Shown here: in pieces, positions 36,129 to 50,954 of the stretch
Layout of the letters: every line of letters starts with the position of its first letter
Numbering within the stretch: position 1 is the first letter of the stretch
Assembly: GCA_964187785.1 (NCBI GenBank)
Contig: OZ076409.1
Coordinates: 22,818,001-22,882,000, forward strand
Source of the DNA: Amphiscolops sp. MND2022
Lineage: Eukaryota
Direction of reading: 5' to 3'
Length of the DNA stretch: 64,000 nt
The notes under the pieces: model-generated
Told to the model about the DNA's origin: nothing
The model's input: the letters and a program-made list of their open reading frames with translations, nothing else
The model's database searches: none
Program-made: the position numbers and the translations under genes

Positions 36129-36872
36129 TGTCATTTGCAAATGAAAAGAAAACCGTGAGAGCTGAAAAATGATTTATTTTGAAAAAAATTGAATTGGCTA
36201 CTTAAAAAGGGCAAAAACGCTAGATCCCTTGTACGTTAAGTCCGAAATTGTTTCTATTGAAACCTTTTTCTAAAGAAAAACTATTATAAGGCTCGTTGAG
36301 TTAGCTATATCATACAGCGATATTATTGTTGCTCCCTTTGAAGTTGAAGATAGCAAAATCTGACTTTAGTTTGATGCGATCTCCTGCTTTCCTTCCGGCA
36401 AGACCTTTATATATAGATTATATAATTTTCTGATATGACGTCAAAGCTTTGAAAAAAGCGAATTTGGGAACTATATATACTTTATATCGGAAGGTGGTAA
36501 CGTTCTTGTTCACTTCTGGAAGATCTAAGAATTCGACACAAGACAGACCCAAAAACTCACACTGTTAGAGGCAAGGTACTATTTTTTATAATAAAACGTC
36601 ATTAAATTAGAATTTGCCCATTTTAGCGTTATAGGCGTTATATTTGAAAACGGCATTAATGCAGTTCAATTTGAAAAGACACAGAAGTTCGACACTGGTT
36701 TGGTTAGCACTTCCACCCTCTTCCAAGCGAAACCTGAAACGTCTGTCACAATGATATACGTCCACGTTTTCTTTCTGCACGTCCACCAATTTTTCTGTAC
36801 CTGATGTAAAACAAAATGGAAGGTTTTACTCACAGTACGATGAACCCTATTAGCGTTGATTGCAATTATATA

Positions 36873-38720
36873 CTTCTTCTTCTTCTTCTTCTTCCTGCCT
36901 CTCACCCATCACTGGGTATTGGCCATATCATAACAGATCGTTCTCCATTGGGCTCGATCGGCAGCCAGATTCGTGAGATGACTCTTCCAATTCAGCTCAA
37001 AGTTTTTTTCTGCTGAGATTGAAAGGTCTCATTATCAATTTCTCGCATGCTTTTTTGAAGTAACGCTCATTGGTAAGTCACACTCCATTGGTAAGTCGGG
37101 GGTCTCTTCCAGTATGCTGGTGGATTATACAGGAAAATGATTCTTGGGAGCCTTTCCGCAGACATTGTTGATACATGGCCGAGGTACTTCTATTCCATGT
37201 AGATAACCTCCATGCCAATGTCGCGCTTTAATCCATATTGTGAGAGCAACTGACCACTGCTACCTAACCAGTTCTCTGTAATTTTTCTGATGCTGCGATT
37301 CTCAAAGGATTTCAGTCGGTCTAGATTGGAAAGTTTGGCAGGCCAGGTTTCTGCAGCGTATAGGAGTACAGGACGAATGAGAGCCTTTTTATAGGCGTAC
37401 TTTCAAGTTAGACGATAGATCTTTTCTTGACCAGAGCTTGCTAAAACACGAGAATGCAGATGTCGCTTTGCAAAAGCGTTTCTGTTTTTCTGAATCGATG
37501 TTTCCGTTAGGAGTAACTGTGCTACCCTGATAGGCGAACTCTTCTAGAGTCTCATTCGGCGCTTCGTTTACTTTAAAGACGAAATCCGTCGGCAAAGCAC
37601 TGATCACTTTGCATTTACTGTGGGTGAATTTGAACACAAGTTCGGCAGCTTTCATTCAAACATTGTCAATTAGAATTTGAAGAGTTGCAGCGTCAGTGTC
37701 AATGAGGTCGATCTCGTCAGCGTAATCTAGATCATTCAACACTTCGCCCGAAAATATGCTGATACCACCACTACGCTGTTTAAGGGCCGCGAACATAATC
37801 TCGTCGACGCAGCGCATGAACAATACTGGTGAGCCAATGCATCCTTGGCATACTCCACAACCAATATCGAACTCTTCCGTGAGTATTTCATTCACAAGAA
37901 TCTGCGATTTGATGTTACAGTACATGGCTTTCAACAGAGATAGTGTTTTTGTTTGCATTCCTTGAGCTTCAAGGGATGTGAATATTGACTCGCAGTCAAC
38001 ACCATCAAACACCGCGGAAAAATCTAGAAAAGCATGAAAAAGAGGCTGCCTCAATTCATGGTGTAGTTCTATAAGTTGCCGGATGACAAATATTTCATCC
38101 ACACAATCCCGCTGGGGTCTGAAGCCAGCTTGATTGTTTCTTGTGTTTCGTTCTACATCACTCTGATTTCTATTGTGAAATAATGCCTCAAGCGTTATAA
38201 ACATCAGTGAATTATATACATTAAAAAAACGTCATCATATTCGACAAAAACAATTTTAATGGTTTCATATTGGAGAGATGAAAAGCTCGAAGCATTTTTG
38301 TCGAATTCAAAACTCACACCAAAACTAATTGGAACAACAAAACCAATTGAATGAAATCCTGGTGGGCAGAATGATTTCACGAAAACACTTTTATTTGTCA
38401 AGTGAAGTAAACTCAACCAGTTTTGTCGGGAATTTTTTTTGCCTTTTTTCAATCGAAGAATTTTATCTTAATCATCTATTGTCGGACGGCAGTACATGTG
38501 AGGACTTTGACGTACCCTCTTGTCTGGATGTCTCTGCATCTTGCCCAAACCGTTTCTCAATCAGAGCTTTCAGGGATGGGAGTTCGTCTGTCTTGGAACT
38601 TCTCGAATCTCTCCTCATTTTAATTTGGAGTCTCATTTGTTAAAGCAGAAGACTGTGATCGAGGTTATAAAGGCTGGATTTCCTGCTGTTCAAAATTTAC
38701 AGTTGGAACCATGTCAATGA
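36873..38720 (-). mobile_element. 5'-truncated, decayed RTE-clade LINE with a (GAA)n tail
   Basis: QAGFRPQR, FLDFSAVFD, GVCQGCIGSPVLF, LDYADEI, FAYQGS, LKVRL..IRPVLLYAAETW; (CTT)n at 36873-36894. Confidence 0.88.
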
Positions 38721-41390
38721 CTTGAGTTTTATTTGTACTTTCTATTTCGGCAATTGAATGTTTAAAACATAGTGTTTTTCCAATTCTAAGTCTACTCATT
38801 TATCGGAGGACTACTCATGCCACGTGAAAAAGATGGCCCGCAGTATAAATTGTTAGATTGCAGTTGTGGAGAGGAGAAATCAGGATAGTTTTGCGATAGT
38901 TAGTGTTAACAATTTCAAGTTTTGCTGTTTACAAAAGTTAAAGTTTTCGTAGGTTGATTAGCTTGTGAATATCTGGGTACAAATCGCACTAATGATTATC
39001 GGTTTGATAGTTACCACTCTTACAAGGTGTCAACAAATGGGAAGACTTAGTTCTTCTTAGAGAAGTGTTGTAGAGATGCTCACAGCCGTGAACCTCATTA
39101 TATGGCTTCATATTGCCCTTATATTAGTGTAGATGACGTGAAATGTACATTTTTGGTAAGGAATAGATCTATATTCCCATCATGCTGGCTTGACATTTAT
39201 CTTAACGAATCGTTGTTCAAAAAAAGTTCTACTTGAAGTTTTGTCTGACAAGTTCGCGTGTTGAATATACAAGTGACTCCATGAAAATTTATTAACTTCG
39301 ATGGAGAAATTGACAAAGATTGCCAGCTTTGCAACCGTATAATCATCATAATGGTACTGAACTATTCTATGTAAATAAAAATATGCTGTTCAATATTATG
39401 TAATCTAACAAGAATATTCACGATAACTATGAAAATAAAAAATAGGCGTCCCTTAATTCCACTTTTCCGCCTATTTCGATCATTATCGCGCCTTTCCACT
39501 GTTTTAATGAGATACTTCTGAAAATATAGAATATAATTAGGAAAGAAGGCATATTTTTTGAATGTTGTTTTTGATTACCTTGCTAGATATTCAAAATGTT
39601 TTCGGTGTAAATATTGATTTACAACTTGTATCTTTTGTACCGAATAGAAATGGCTTGGAAACATAACTACGCTTTTTTGCAGTTTATATTGCTTGCACCT
39701 TTTCCATCTAAAGTGGCCACCTTTTTTGACATTACCATTAATTTTTATTTCCAAGTGATCGGGTGGAATCTTCGAAGAAAAACCAGTTTACTTGCAATGC
39801 ATACAACAGCTATAGCTGAGTGAGTGAGCAGATTCAATAACTTGAAAATTTGAACAAATCGAATGATGGTTGCTTTGGGAAGATTGAGGAATATATATAG
39901 GAAGATAAATATATAAAATCAGACTTGCAAATGGGAAATTACCAGACCTGAAGAAAAAACTAAAAATTATCGGTCTTGTGTGGAATTTAGCTGGCATAGT
40001 CTCCAATTTCTGATCCAAAAATATTTGAAAACCGCTGTCCGGAATGACGATGAATACATTAGTTTATAGCTCATGTTCGCTTAAGCGAATTAGCATGTAA
40101 TTTGCATACAAATACACATTCCATGGCAACATTTCACGCCATGTTAATTGCAAGAGCAGATTCGCGTGCCATTTTCTGGGAAAACATGAAAAGCGTGAAA
40201 TTGGAACAATCGTTGGAAGTCTGGAATCAGAAAAACGGAATAATCTACTTCACCGTTTGATGAAAATGCGCTCGGACAATATGAATTATTTAACGAACAT
40301 AACATAGACGCATGGGAAAAAGACAAAAATAAGTGGTTGCATAAAAAAAACGTTGCTAAACTCGACTGCAGTTTGGAAAATTCTGGTAGCAAGTGCATTC
40401 TTGTTTAGGTTTGAAAATATTTTTAAAAAATTGCGGATTAAAGTTTAGAAACCCTAAATCACTTGAGTTGATAAATTTTGCTAGTATTTCAACACTACTG
40501 CTGAAGTACTTTCTCTGATGTTTAATTATTCGACATACATCTAAAAGCCCAATGTATTGTAGTAATGGTTAAGATTTTTGAACTAGATACCAAGAGCCAG
40601 AAAAAAACATTGGTGGTGCGTTGGCTGCAGAATTTAATGATTGAAGAAATAGCCTTGATAGTGTTTTGTTATTTTTCACCAGAAACTCAAAAACTTAACT
40701 GACACCCTTGGCTGCATTTGAACAATACTTCCAATCTTCAAACCATCATGTGACTCTTGTTCAATTTTGTAACCTTGAATCTAGAAAAAGTTGCTGGTAG
40801 AACAATGTCGCAGCTTCTCAACTGTGCTTTGTGTGATTATGTAATCATCAAAAAACATTATAGCAACCTCGCAAGTTTACTTCGAAAAAAAGCACTCTAG
40901 AAAGAGCAACCGGTTTTTCATTATCTGTGAATCTCAAATTGACACCTTCAAGGACTTTATTGTTGCTTTCAAGTCGCACAAAACGTCGGCTGAGAAAACG
41001 GGTGTCAGGACATTTCATTCTGTGCAATGTCAATCTATGCATGTTCAACCGTCCGCAATTTCGACCTAAACTAATTTTGGCTAATGGATAATAATTAGTT
41101 ACATAACTTATTTTGGTTTTAGCTTTCATACATTTCTAAATTCAAATGTGCTAATTTTGCGCCAGTTTTGATACGTTTTGGCTTCTTCATGATAAATTAC
41201 CATTAATTAAGGCTGTTTGACTCATTACTGGTGTAGTAAATATTGTACTGAGATAATAGTTCAACCGAATTAAAACTAAATAGCCAAAATTTGTTTAGGT
41301 CGAAATTGCGGACGGTTGAAAAGGCAATAGGTTGAAATTATGAGCGGTTGAAATGGCAACGGTTGAAATTGCACAGGTTGAAAGTGTATA

Positions 41391-42332
41391 CCCGTACTGA
41401 GACTCCATTCAATCCCATCGATGGGCATCGAAGGGCCCTTTGCGTCCCATCGATGGCCATCGCAACTTTTTCCAATGAACATCGATGGGATTTGAATTAG
41501 ATCATGGGGGCACTTGTGGAGCATTTTAGGGTTAAATATATCTAATTTTAACATACTCTCATTTCTTTTTGAGCCTGATTAAGCTTTCTCGAGCCTGGAA
41601 ATCACTTATTTCGGAGCCTTGTCCTTGAATTGTTTGAAAAAAAAAGAAAAACCTGGCAAAATTGCAATTTTTCGCATGAAAATGCGATGGAATCGAGCTT
41701 CAATTGCTGAGAAAACAATCTGCTTGTGAGAAGAAAAAAGATCTGAAATATGCAGAAATTTGACTCTAAAAATACGTATTTATATCAAAAAATTTGGAAG
41801 TTTTTCTGTGAAAAATCAGAAAAACCTGGCAAAATTGCCATTATACGTATCAAAATGCGACGGAATCAAGAATTCCATTGCTGAGAAAACCATCTGCTTG
41901 TAAGAAGAAACAATATCTGAATTATGCAGAAATTTGACTGTCAAAATACGTTTTTGCATCAAAAAATTTGGTTTTTTTCCTTGGTAAATCAACAGAATCC
42001 GGTTTTTCACAAAGATAAATAATATGGATAACTATGTATAACTTCATTTCCGAATAAAATATTTGGGCATCCTCGAAATCCCAAACAAAGCTTAAATAGA
42101 CTGAAAAACTTGAATGGCGAGAAAAACTTGAACATGGCCAAGTCGAACGAATTTTTGTGATCAAAAAATTCGATTCCCATTGATGGGTCATCGATGGTAA
42201 TCGATGACCCATCGATGGGATCATCGTTAGAAAAACCTCATCGATGCCCATCGATGGACCATTGATGGCCATCGATGGGCCCCATGGGACTGCGATGGCC
42301 ATCGATGAACTGCAATGGGATCTCAGTACGGG
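41391..42332. mobile_element. CCC..GGG MITE (CMC/EnSpm-like), copy 1
   Basis: TIR CCCGTACTGAGA; TA on both flanks; many CCATCGATGG subterminal palindromes; 2 internal ~172-bp units; inverted homolog at 62196-63340. Confidence 0.9.
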
Positions 42333-42502
42333 TAGGACGAAATGTCATAGAACCGAGAAAACGACGATTTTTTTACGCACGTTTGACTTCTGTAAACAAA
42401 TTCCTGGTGAAAGTTTGTCGATTGTTCGATGGATCAAAACTCGAGACTCTGGTAATTGTAACGACACCTTCTATTTTTGCCGTTTTGAGATGAAAATTCC
42501 TA

Positions 42503-43068
42503 CTCATGTTGAGCTTTCCTTAAGAATCTGTACAGATCTGTGAGCCTTTTTTCCTTGAGGATCTGTAAAGATCGTGTAACTGCTACGTAAGGACAACTGC
42601 AGATCTGCAAGGATCTTTAATGATTTTCAAAGGTTTTCTGTACAGATTTGTCAGGAAAATTTTTAGGTGATTTGTCAGAAAATTAGACATGTGGCCACCG
42701 TTTGGGTTGGTAGAGGTGTTGATAAAGTGCTGTTGTTGTAATATTTCGGGAACATGGTTTGCTGGAGTAGTTTTAGTAATTGATGGAAACTTGGAATACG
42801 TTATAGTAATTTATTGGTCATTTTTGTATGGTTAAGTTTTGACAAATCCTGGCATATCTGTCAGGATCTGTACAGATCTGTACAGATTCGCACAGATATT
42901 TTTTTAAAACCTCAATTAAAAGACGTATTTATCTTGTAGAGCACTTTTCAATCAACTATTTTCCATTTCAAAAATGTTTTTATGATTAGTTTATTTTCGA
43001 AAAATCCTAGAATATCTGTCAGGATCTGTACAGATCTGTACAGATTCACAGGGAGTGCTCAACATGGG
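42503..43068. mobile_element. MITE with C(T)CATGTTGAGC TIR and AGATCTGTAC subterminal repeats
   Basis: TA|CTCATGTTGAGC ... GCTCAACATGGG|TA. Confidence 0.75.
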
Positions 43069-45609
43069 TAACCCAACAAAGACCAGGTACAGCAAAATAG
43101 TGTGAAAGAGTGTGTTCAGCGAGACAGACGATGAACAGGTGCCTTCGTAACCTTCGCAACGGCAAATTTTTGCTGCACAAAGTAGGGGACATTTCCGCTC
43201 GAATCCTATTTCCTTGCTACAGGTGCCACCTCCTGGCTGTAGCACCTGGTTTCCATCATTGCAGGGTTATCTGAGCAAGTTTTGATTATATTTTGGAGCT
43301 ACTTGGTTGGAAGTTTCATGAGAAAAAGATATATCCGGGATCAGGCGGTTCCTAGATCAAATTTCCCCTAAACCAGTCAAAATTACCTGCGCTGAATTAA
43401 TTTCCTCCCATCTTACACACAAATTTCCCTCACTGTTGAATCGCGAATCTCAGGTCCAATTGGCGCAGTTCAATGCGTATGGCGACACTTCCGTGCTTTC
43501 TTCGTATAAATAGCCAAAATGTGCTTCCTCCAATTTTTCACGCGCTGTAAAAAGTGAGAAAAAATTATCCACCGAAAATTTATTCAATCCTCGAGATCCG
43601 GTGTTCTGTTTAACAGTTTATTAAATCCAGTCAAAAGAAAATTGTCTCATTTTTTTCCAACCAAGCAAAATATTTCAGGTCGTAAAACACTGAAGAAATC
43701 CAATTTGAACAATCGATAAACATTTTTTCGAAGTATTGAAAAATTCATACATTACTTTTGACAATGAATTTGTCCCCAACTGGCAACAAGCATGTTTTAT
43801 ACAATTGAAAGCGGACACAAGTTACGTAGACGAATATATTGCGAAACTTCAAGAATTCATTTTTTGGTAAGGATTGCGGTTGGAAACTAAAGTCTTATCG
43901 GTTGGGTATACGATTTTTCTGCGTATTCGACTACAGTTTTAAAAACAAAACAACTCCTGATTGAGATTTGAGAAATCTTTTAAATGTTTACATCAGATAT
44001 CATGAAAAAATTATGAATCGTAAGTTGGAAATTATTTGAAAATGAGTAAGAGAGATTCAAATTCCCGTGTATGAAGCATGGGCCAAAAATCAATATACGG
44101 TCATTACTTTTCCTCTTTTTCGCCAGATGAAAGACCTCACACTGGAAGCTCCACTTTTTACAGTTTTTTCGTAACTTTGAGTTTGCTAGAAAACATCTAA
44201 AAGTCCCATTCTCGACAAGCTTACAACTCGGTGTAAAACTGGACGAGACCAAAGTATCCCTTTGGTTTTTCATCGGAATTTTTGGGCAGTAATCTTGATT
44301 TCTTTGAAGGAACATGCTTCATTTGTTTAAAAAGTACCTCTAGAGAGATTTTTATCGCCACTCTGAAGTTCTTCAAAGAGTGTCAGACAGGTGCCGTCGG
44401 AAACGAACGTTAACAATTTCTGACAGGTGCTTGCTGCTTGCAGTAGCGGATGCCTTCGGAAATGTACTTTTTGGCATAATCTGATTTCTTGTTGGTACGG
44501 GTCCCAGCTGGCGAGATGCGATACCGCGTTTTTTGCTATCGCATAGTTCATTCGGGGTGCATATTTTGCAGCCCTTTTCATTGTCTTGTACATTGATTTT
44601 GAATGAAGCCAACCTGTAGTACTGGTTATTGACAATTACTTTTTTTTTGGAAAAACTCGACATTTCCTATTTTGATATGTTTTCAAAGGCTAATTACTGT
44701 GTGTCTGTGGGTCTGTAAGCATAATGCTCGTCAGTTTTAACAATAACCAATTGGGTTAAATCAGGGGATATCATAGAAAACGACTCCCAAACCAGAGAAA
44801 AATGAGTACTTTGGTTTTATAAGGCTCGTCATGTGCTCTAAACCCTAATCATTGAGACTTCCCCGTTCGTTTGTAACTTCGAACTCGTGATGCTTGTGCT
44901 TACAGTTTCTTCTTAGCGGGCACTGTTCTTTTCAAAAACCGTATACAGACAGTTGTTCGCTTTCAACTCTTCCACGACTATTTTTTCTGCTCTATCTTTG
45001 GGTCGACGGAATACTCCTTTTATGGTGCTGAAGAAATAACAATGGGCTTCTTTGGGTTGCTTCCGTTCAGATGTTCTCGATTTTCTTCCTGTGTGATTTT
45101 GTTTCTTTCGATGACGCGAAGGTTCTTGAACTTCATTGAAATGCTATTATCACATGGCCGGATCACTTTTCTTAAATTAGACTTACTCAATTCCCTTGTA
45201 TACCCAATCTGACCTTTTTTTAAAGAAAAAAGAAGAAAGCATGCATACGTCACATTAAAATATGGGGTGTTATTTTTCTCTGATGAATTATAATACGACA
45301 GTTCGTCAGACTTTTTAGAATTTTGCTTAATCAAGTAAATGGCTGTTTTTGAAAGTATATTTGTTGTATTTGGAAGTAAAACAATAGCTGAGGTCGGTGC
45401 GGAAATGAAGCCACGAATCTCATCCCCAAAGAACAAAGATACAAATATTTCATTAATATTGATAACTAGGAATATCATGCAAAAGGGTTTACGTTGTAAA
45501 GAATCAAGAAGCTATCTGGTTCATTTTTACATACGTGAAAAATACATACCCTCGTTGAAATTGCTAGAACTTTTTGCATGTTGTTCGAAGTTGCTTCCAA
45601 TTTTTGTAA

Positions 45610-46028
45610 TGTTTTCATGAAACTCTTAGAGAAATTTTCATGCAAAAATATTTCCCAGTTCAATTTGACTTATAGCGAAAAGCTTGATAAAAGCATTCTA
45701 AATTTGGCTGCAATTTCATCATCAAAGTATTGCAGGTTTCATTAAGAAGCAGTTGTATTTTTAAATGCATCATCAATTTTACAAATTAGCGTCATCTTGA
45801 GCGTGCTATTTGAGAAGAGTGATCACATGTGAGATTAGTAGTTGAGAAAACAAATTGCAAATACGAAGTGATCGTGTCGGTAACGAAGTGGAAAACATTT
45901 TGAATTTTAATTGCAATAACGTAAGCTGCAGCCAGCATAATTTTACAAGATTTACGACCAGAAGCTTACTGAACTCAAAAATTTTCCTTCATGCAGCATG
46001 TAAAAAGTTTCAACAGTCTCGACTATAG
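45610..46028 (+). mobile_element. Degenerate family X MITE copy
   Basis: GCATTCTAAATTTGG..GCAGGTTTCAT..AGCGTCAT..AGCGTGCTATTTGA shared with 33200-33600. Confidence 0.6.
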
Positions 46029-46114
46029 TAAGTGAAAAAAAATTAGGCAAAATTCGAAAATTGTCCGAATCAGAGGAACTGGAGATCTTGCAGTGTGTCA
46101 AAACTCTTTAGTGT

Positions 46115-46367
46115 AAACAAAACGCCCGCTAAGCACTGGGATATTTTCCGCTAAAAATGTAACGCATCAGCACGGGTTCGAACTCACGACCTCGTGTCTG
46201 CCAGGCAGACGCACAGCCACCTGCGCTACCAAGTAACTAAAATAGTCAAGTAACAAATAGTCACGTGGAGTGAATGTAGATACTGGTGGAGATTTGGCAG
46301 ATTTTGTAAAAAAAAACGCAACACAGATTATGATTTTCTTCCCCTAGTATATGTGGGTGGAAAATAA
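46115..46367 (-). mobile_element. HINE family B copy with a tRNA-like segment
   Basis: Minus strand reads GTTCGAACCCG..GCGGAAAATATCCCAGTGCTTAGCGGGCGTTTTGTT, matching 10795-10878. Confidence 0.65.
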
Positions 46368-46499
46368 CAAGCGACACTGATTCTCTAAAACTGTTGTTGC
46401 AGCTCATTTTGAGAAAAATTCCAGCAAACTCAGAATTGGAACACATGGCTGAAATCAACGTCTCATTTTTGGACCCAAGTCGCGTTTGCTTGAATTTTG

Positions 46500-46989
46500 C
46501 AGCATGGGAACATGTAGGATATTTTTTACAAAACAATGGGAAATTCAGTGAGCATGCATAGAAAATTTTTTGTAGGAATCCAATGCTGCTTCAATTATTT
46601 CAATTAAAGCTGAAAACATTTCCACCGTCGCGATCACTTTGTTTTTAAGCGTAAGTTTCTCAAATAAGTGTCTTATGTAGTAAGACAGCATTAATCAAAT
46701 AGCACGCTGAGTATGACGCTACTTTAAAACTCATTATGTGACTGAAGTTTGTTTGCAATAAAATTGGGGTAAAATTGAAACAGGTCTCACTTGCTTTTAA
46801 AATTAGAACTGCGTCTTAAAGAAACCTGGAAAACGTCGCGGCTCGAAATTGCCTCCAAATTTAGGATGCATGTTATGGCAACTTGATAAATTTAAATTGA
46901 ATCGATGATGTTTTTTGAAAAATTAACTTGTATGTTACTTTGTGGCTTACTACAAAGACTTCTAAAATGTTAAGCAGTTTCAACCATGG
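46500..46989 (-). mobile_element. Family X MITE copy, inverted
   Basis: CAAATAGCACGCTGAGTATGACGCT is the reverse complement of ~33348-33373; ends GCAGTTTCAACCATGG. Confidence 0.7.
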
Positions 46990-47903
46990 CATGCTTTCAT
47001 ATATTTTCCGGACCTGTTAAGCACATTGTCCTCCGTTTTTCTAAATTTCTGGAAGATTGGGAAAAAATCCTAATCAAATACAGTAGAATTCTTAACGAGA
47101 ATCAATATAGAACAGAAAATTAACTTTTAGGCAACCATTTTGGTAGTTCTTTTGGTTTTTCCTCTCCTATTGCTCTCTTCGGTTTTAAACCAAAGTTACA
47201 CCTTCAGTGACTCCCGTTTTGACCTGATAAGCATGAAACTTGTTCCGCGTTTAAGCAAGAAATTGTTTTAATTGTTTCACTGATTACTCTACGTGTTACA
47301 ATCAATGTGCCAGCTAAGATTGAAACCATGATGCAAGATGAATGAAGAGTCAATAGTTCTGTAAGGAAAGAGGGCAGGTGTTTTTGATGACAATCATTGA
47401 TTTCTAGTCAAAGAAGGAGAGTAATTAACAAAGTTTCTTGCTTGGCGCGGACTGCCTCACTCTTTTGATGTTCCATGGAATCGCTCCCAGTAGCAATTTG
47501 AATTATATTGTCTGAGTTGATTCCATGGTATCTTGTGTTTCGTAAAATTACGTGAAGTAACCATCATACGTTTGTTGACACGATTTTTCAACGATGTCAC
47601 GGTGACCGTGTGACAAATAGTCTCACGATGGTGGCTAAAAATTACAGGAAATCGATTCCTAAAGCCTCCTAGGGGTCAACTTGGGATTTCGAAGGTTCAA
47701 GTCAGAGCTTATGAAGGCTTTTCAAAGAAGAGAAACGTTCAAAATTTACTCTTCATGAAAAATCGAGTTGCTAATCCGTTTTTCCCGTTTCTTTTTCTCA
47801 GAAGATCAAAAAGATCGTTGGAAATGTTTGAATTTCTTTGCTGTGCTTCATAATAACCTGAATGCAAATACAATTGAATTCTTAACGAGATTCAATATAG
47901 AAC

Positions 47904-48535
47904 AACAAGACGGGAACGTCTAAAGTCGGCGCTATGTCCAAGGCTCAAAAAGCGTTTTTAAAATATGCGCGGGACATTTTCATAGAAAACACCTGTTTTT
48001 GAACCTCCGCTTCCTCCTTAGTAAAACGCATTATAGTTCGGATATAACGTCAAAAATTCGGTTACAGCGCTTTAATCAGAATATTACGTCTATTTCGGAT
48101 ACTATTGAAAAAAATATTTGTGGGTATATATTCAGAACCTAATTTCAGACGAAAAATGAGAATTTTGAAACAGTCTCATAGTTCCGAAAAATGAAAAAGG
48201 AGACCCTTTAAGCTTTTTGAAAATCCAGTTTGTTACAAAATATCAAAAAAATTGAAGGGGGACCCTTTGAAGGCAAACAAAATTTGGAAAAAACGTCGCA
48301 CAGTGCCGAAATAAATTGAAAGAAGGGACCCTTCAGTCTCGTCCACTTTCGCAAAAGTTTCTGGCTAAAGCAGGGATTCGAACCCGTGACCGCTGGGTTC
48401 CCCGTAAACCGATTAAAATCTGTACTAAAAAGTGGTACACACAGGGTGAGGTCTGTGGTCTGACGGAAAAAAAGAGAAAAAAACTAGCCACTGTGATAGT
48501 CGGGCACTTTTCACTGGAAAAGCGCCGACTGAAAA
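47904..48535 (-). mobile_element. HINE family A copy
   Basis: AACAAGACGGGAACGTC..AGTCGGCGCT ... AGTCGGGCACTTTTCACTGGAAAAGCGCCGACT; GGGATTCGAACCC at ~48373; inserted in an A-run without a TSD. Confidence 0.8.
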
Positions 48536-50954
48536 CATTAACTTTTAGGCAACTACTGAAACTACTGAATTTTACTAATAAGGAAAAGTATTTATGACTT
48601 TCTTTGGTTAGTACAAGGTTTTTTGCTGAGCTGTTTTCAAAATGAACAAAAAGGTGGTCTAAAAATTGGTACCTCATCCTATGTTTCCATTTGACAAAAG
48701 AATTGAAAACATTTCAACTTTGTGCTACGAAGCAAGTAAACTCTTCATAATGTCTAACAAAAAAATCTTGCTTTGCGAATACTCCGGAAGGGAGGAAATT
48801 GGATTTTCTTATCATCTAAAATGTATGTTTGAAAATAATCTTTTCTGAAATCCTAATTTTCTATTCCTTGTTCTGATTGCTTATAAGATAGTATACGAAT
48901 TCAATCTTACGAGCTCGTAAGAGGCTTATAAGAACTATACGGAACGAGCATTATTTCTAGCTAAATAACTTAGAAGGTAAACTAGAAAAAAATACATTGC
49001 TTTGAAATCAGCCTCTAAAGGTTGCTCTTCAAGTTATATGTTTGTTGTCGTATGTTTTACCAGTTAGGTATAAGGTATTGCAATTTGCTTTCTAACCACA
49101 AAATAGCTCAAATTATCAAATTATTTGGAACCGACATTTTTCAGTATTGGTCAAAATGCTACTAATTTTTTTGCAGACCGTGGGTACTTTCCTGGGTACA
49201 TTTTTTGTTTCTGACTCCACACTATGGAAGGGATCCATTCATTAACATGGTGTCACAATAGAAAAGATGAAAAAGCGAGACTAGCTGAAGGGAAGTGACG
49301 GGACGAATTTCATTAAATAGATGGCCATCACCGCAGTTATGAACTATTAATAGCTAAGACCATGCTTAATAAAATCCACTGAACCTTGAATAAATTTGAC
49401 TTAGTTCAGTTGACGCTAATTTTTAATTCATTCAAAAGGGTTGGTCACAAATATCTGAATTTGACATCAAAGAACATTATGCAATTGCAATTTCAATCTG
49501 GCAAACCAATTTGCCATAGGAATTTATTGAAAATGAGGGTTGAATTCACTTTGAATTACTATAATCTAATTCCACTCCACTGCCTTGAAATTTTTGGAAG
49601 CAGAAAAATTAAACTGGAAGTAATAAATTAAAAATCTTTTTGAACTGGAAATTTTTGATCAATTGAAAAATTTTGATGCAGAAAAATTTGAATAATGCCA
49701 AAAAATCGGTTTAGCGAATAATTCCGCTTAATGCCGTCTGAAGTAAGATTACGCAGAATATTTAGAAAGCCGAAGAGTTCTTAGTTTTACAGCGCATCGG
49801 AAACATGTAAAATGGTTAGTGGAAAAAGTGCCACCTTTCTAGTTTTTTCATTAGATTTCTCGCAGTTCGTTTCCTGAAGACACTCCCGTAGGATTCTATC
49901 TACCCAAAATTTTTTGCAAGAAGGCGTTGGTTAATTATGAACGTAAGAGTCAAATTATTCCGTCACATGGATTCCCAGCCAAAGGGTTCGGGTTCAAATC
50001 ATGTCAAAGTCAAACCTCTTACCTTTTCAACTTCTACACTTTATTTTACTAAAGTAATTCTGACCATACATGCAACTTATAAAAAAATCTAAAAAGGTTC
50101 CCAGGAACAAGGTGTTTAATCGAACTTTATCAGCAACTAATTCTTGAACTTTTTAAAATGATCTACAATAAAAGCATTTCTGGTACACCAAATTTAACTA
50201 TTAAGAAATCGGACATCGAATATACAACTAGGAATTAACGCATCTGATTAAAAAAAATGTTTTTTGGGGCTGCTGAACTTTTTTATTTCGGGCAATTTGT
50301 TACAGGGACTCAAAAAACAAATCGTGAACAGCCCAAGTCAGAGGCTCAAAAAGAGCAAATTCTTTTATACATACCCAAGGATAATTTTTCAAAAAAACTT
50401 ATCAATTTCAAAGTACCAGAAAATAGCCAAAAGGGGCAACTATTTATTTGGCGGCCGTTTAAGATCACAAGGTGCTTTTTCTTTGCTAATACATCAAACC
50501 GAACAAAAGGTGACCGTTCGATCACGTCTAAATTTACAACAGTAAAATAAATCACAATTTCACAGGATCCGGACCCACCAACTCTTGCGTCTCGGTCACA
50601 TGGGGCTATGCACGGGGTCAAGCGCCGGGACAAACGAAAAGGCGATAGTTACATAAACTTTAAAAAGCGGGCAGTTGGAGGTGGTCTTTGGAAAAAGCTA
50701 CTTCTATAGTCTGTGTTTACTGACTATAGACTCCAGCTAATAATGTTTTGAGCAACTGAATTTATTTCCAAATCAACACTACATTTTGTCTTAGGCTTTC
50801 TTTAGAGATGGCAGACTAGACCACTTGATGCAAAAATTTAGGCTACAATACATGCAACATTACATGCAACAATACATGCCACATACATGGGTAGATGCGC
50901 TTGGTTTTTCAGCAATGTGCTATTAATTTTCGATTACCAGAAAGCTGAATACAA

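Noticed and set aside
42991..45478. Cys-containing minus-strand ORF fragments, possibly a decayed BEL/Pao gag
   Set aside because: No complete motif, LTR or pol found; too degraded to support a call
49318..49340. IDGHHR (ParB/sulfiredoxin-like motif)
   Set aside because: Immediately preceded by a stop and followed by another within ~20 codons; probably chance
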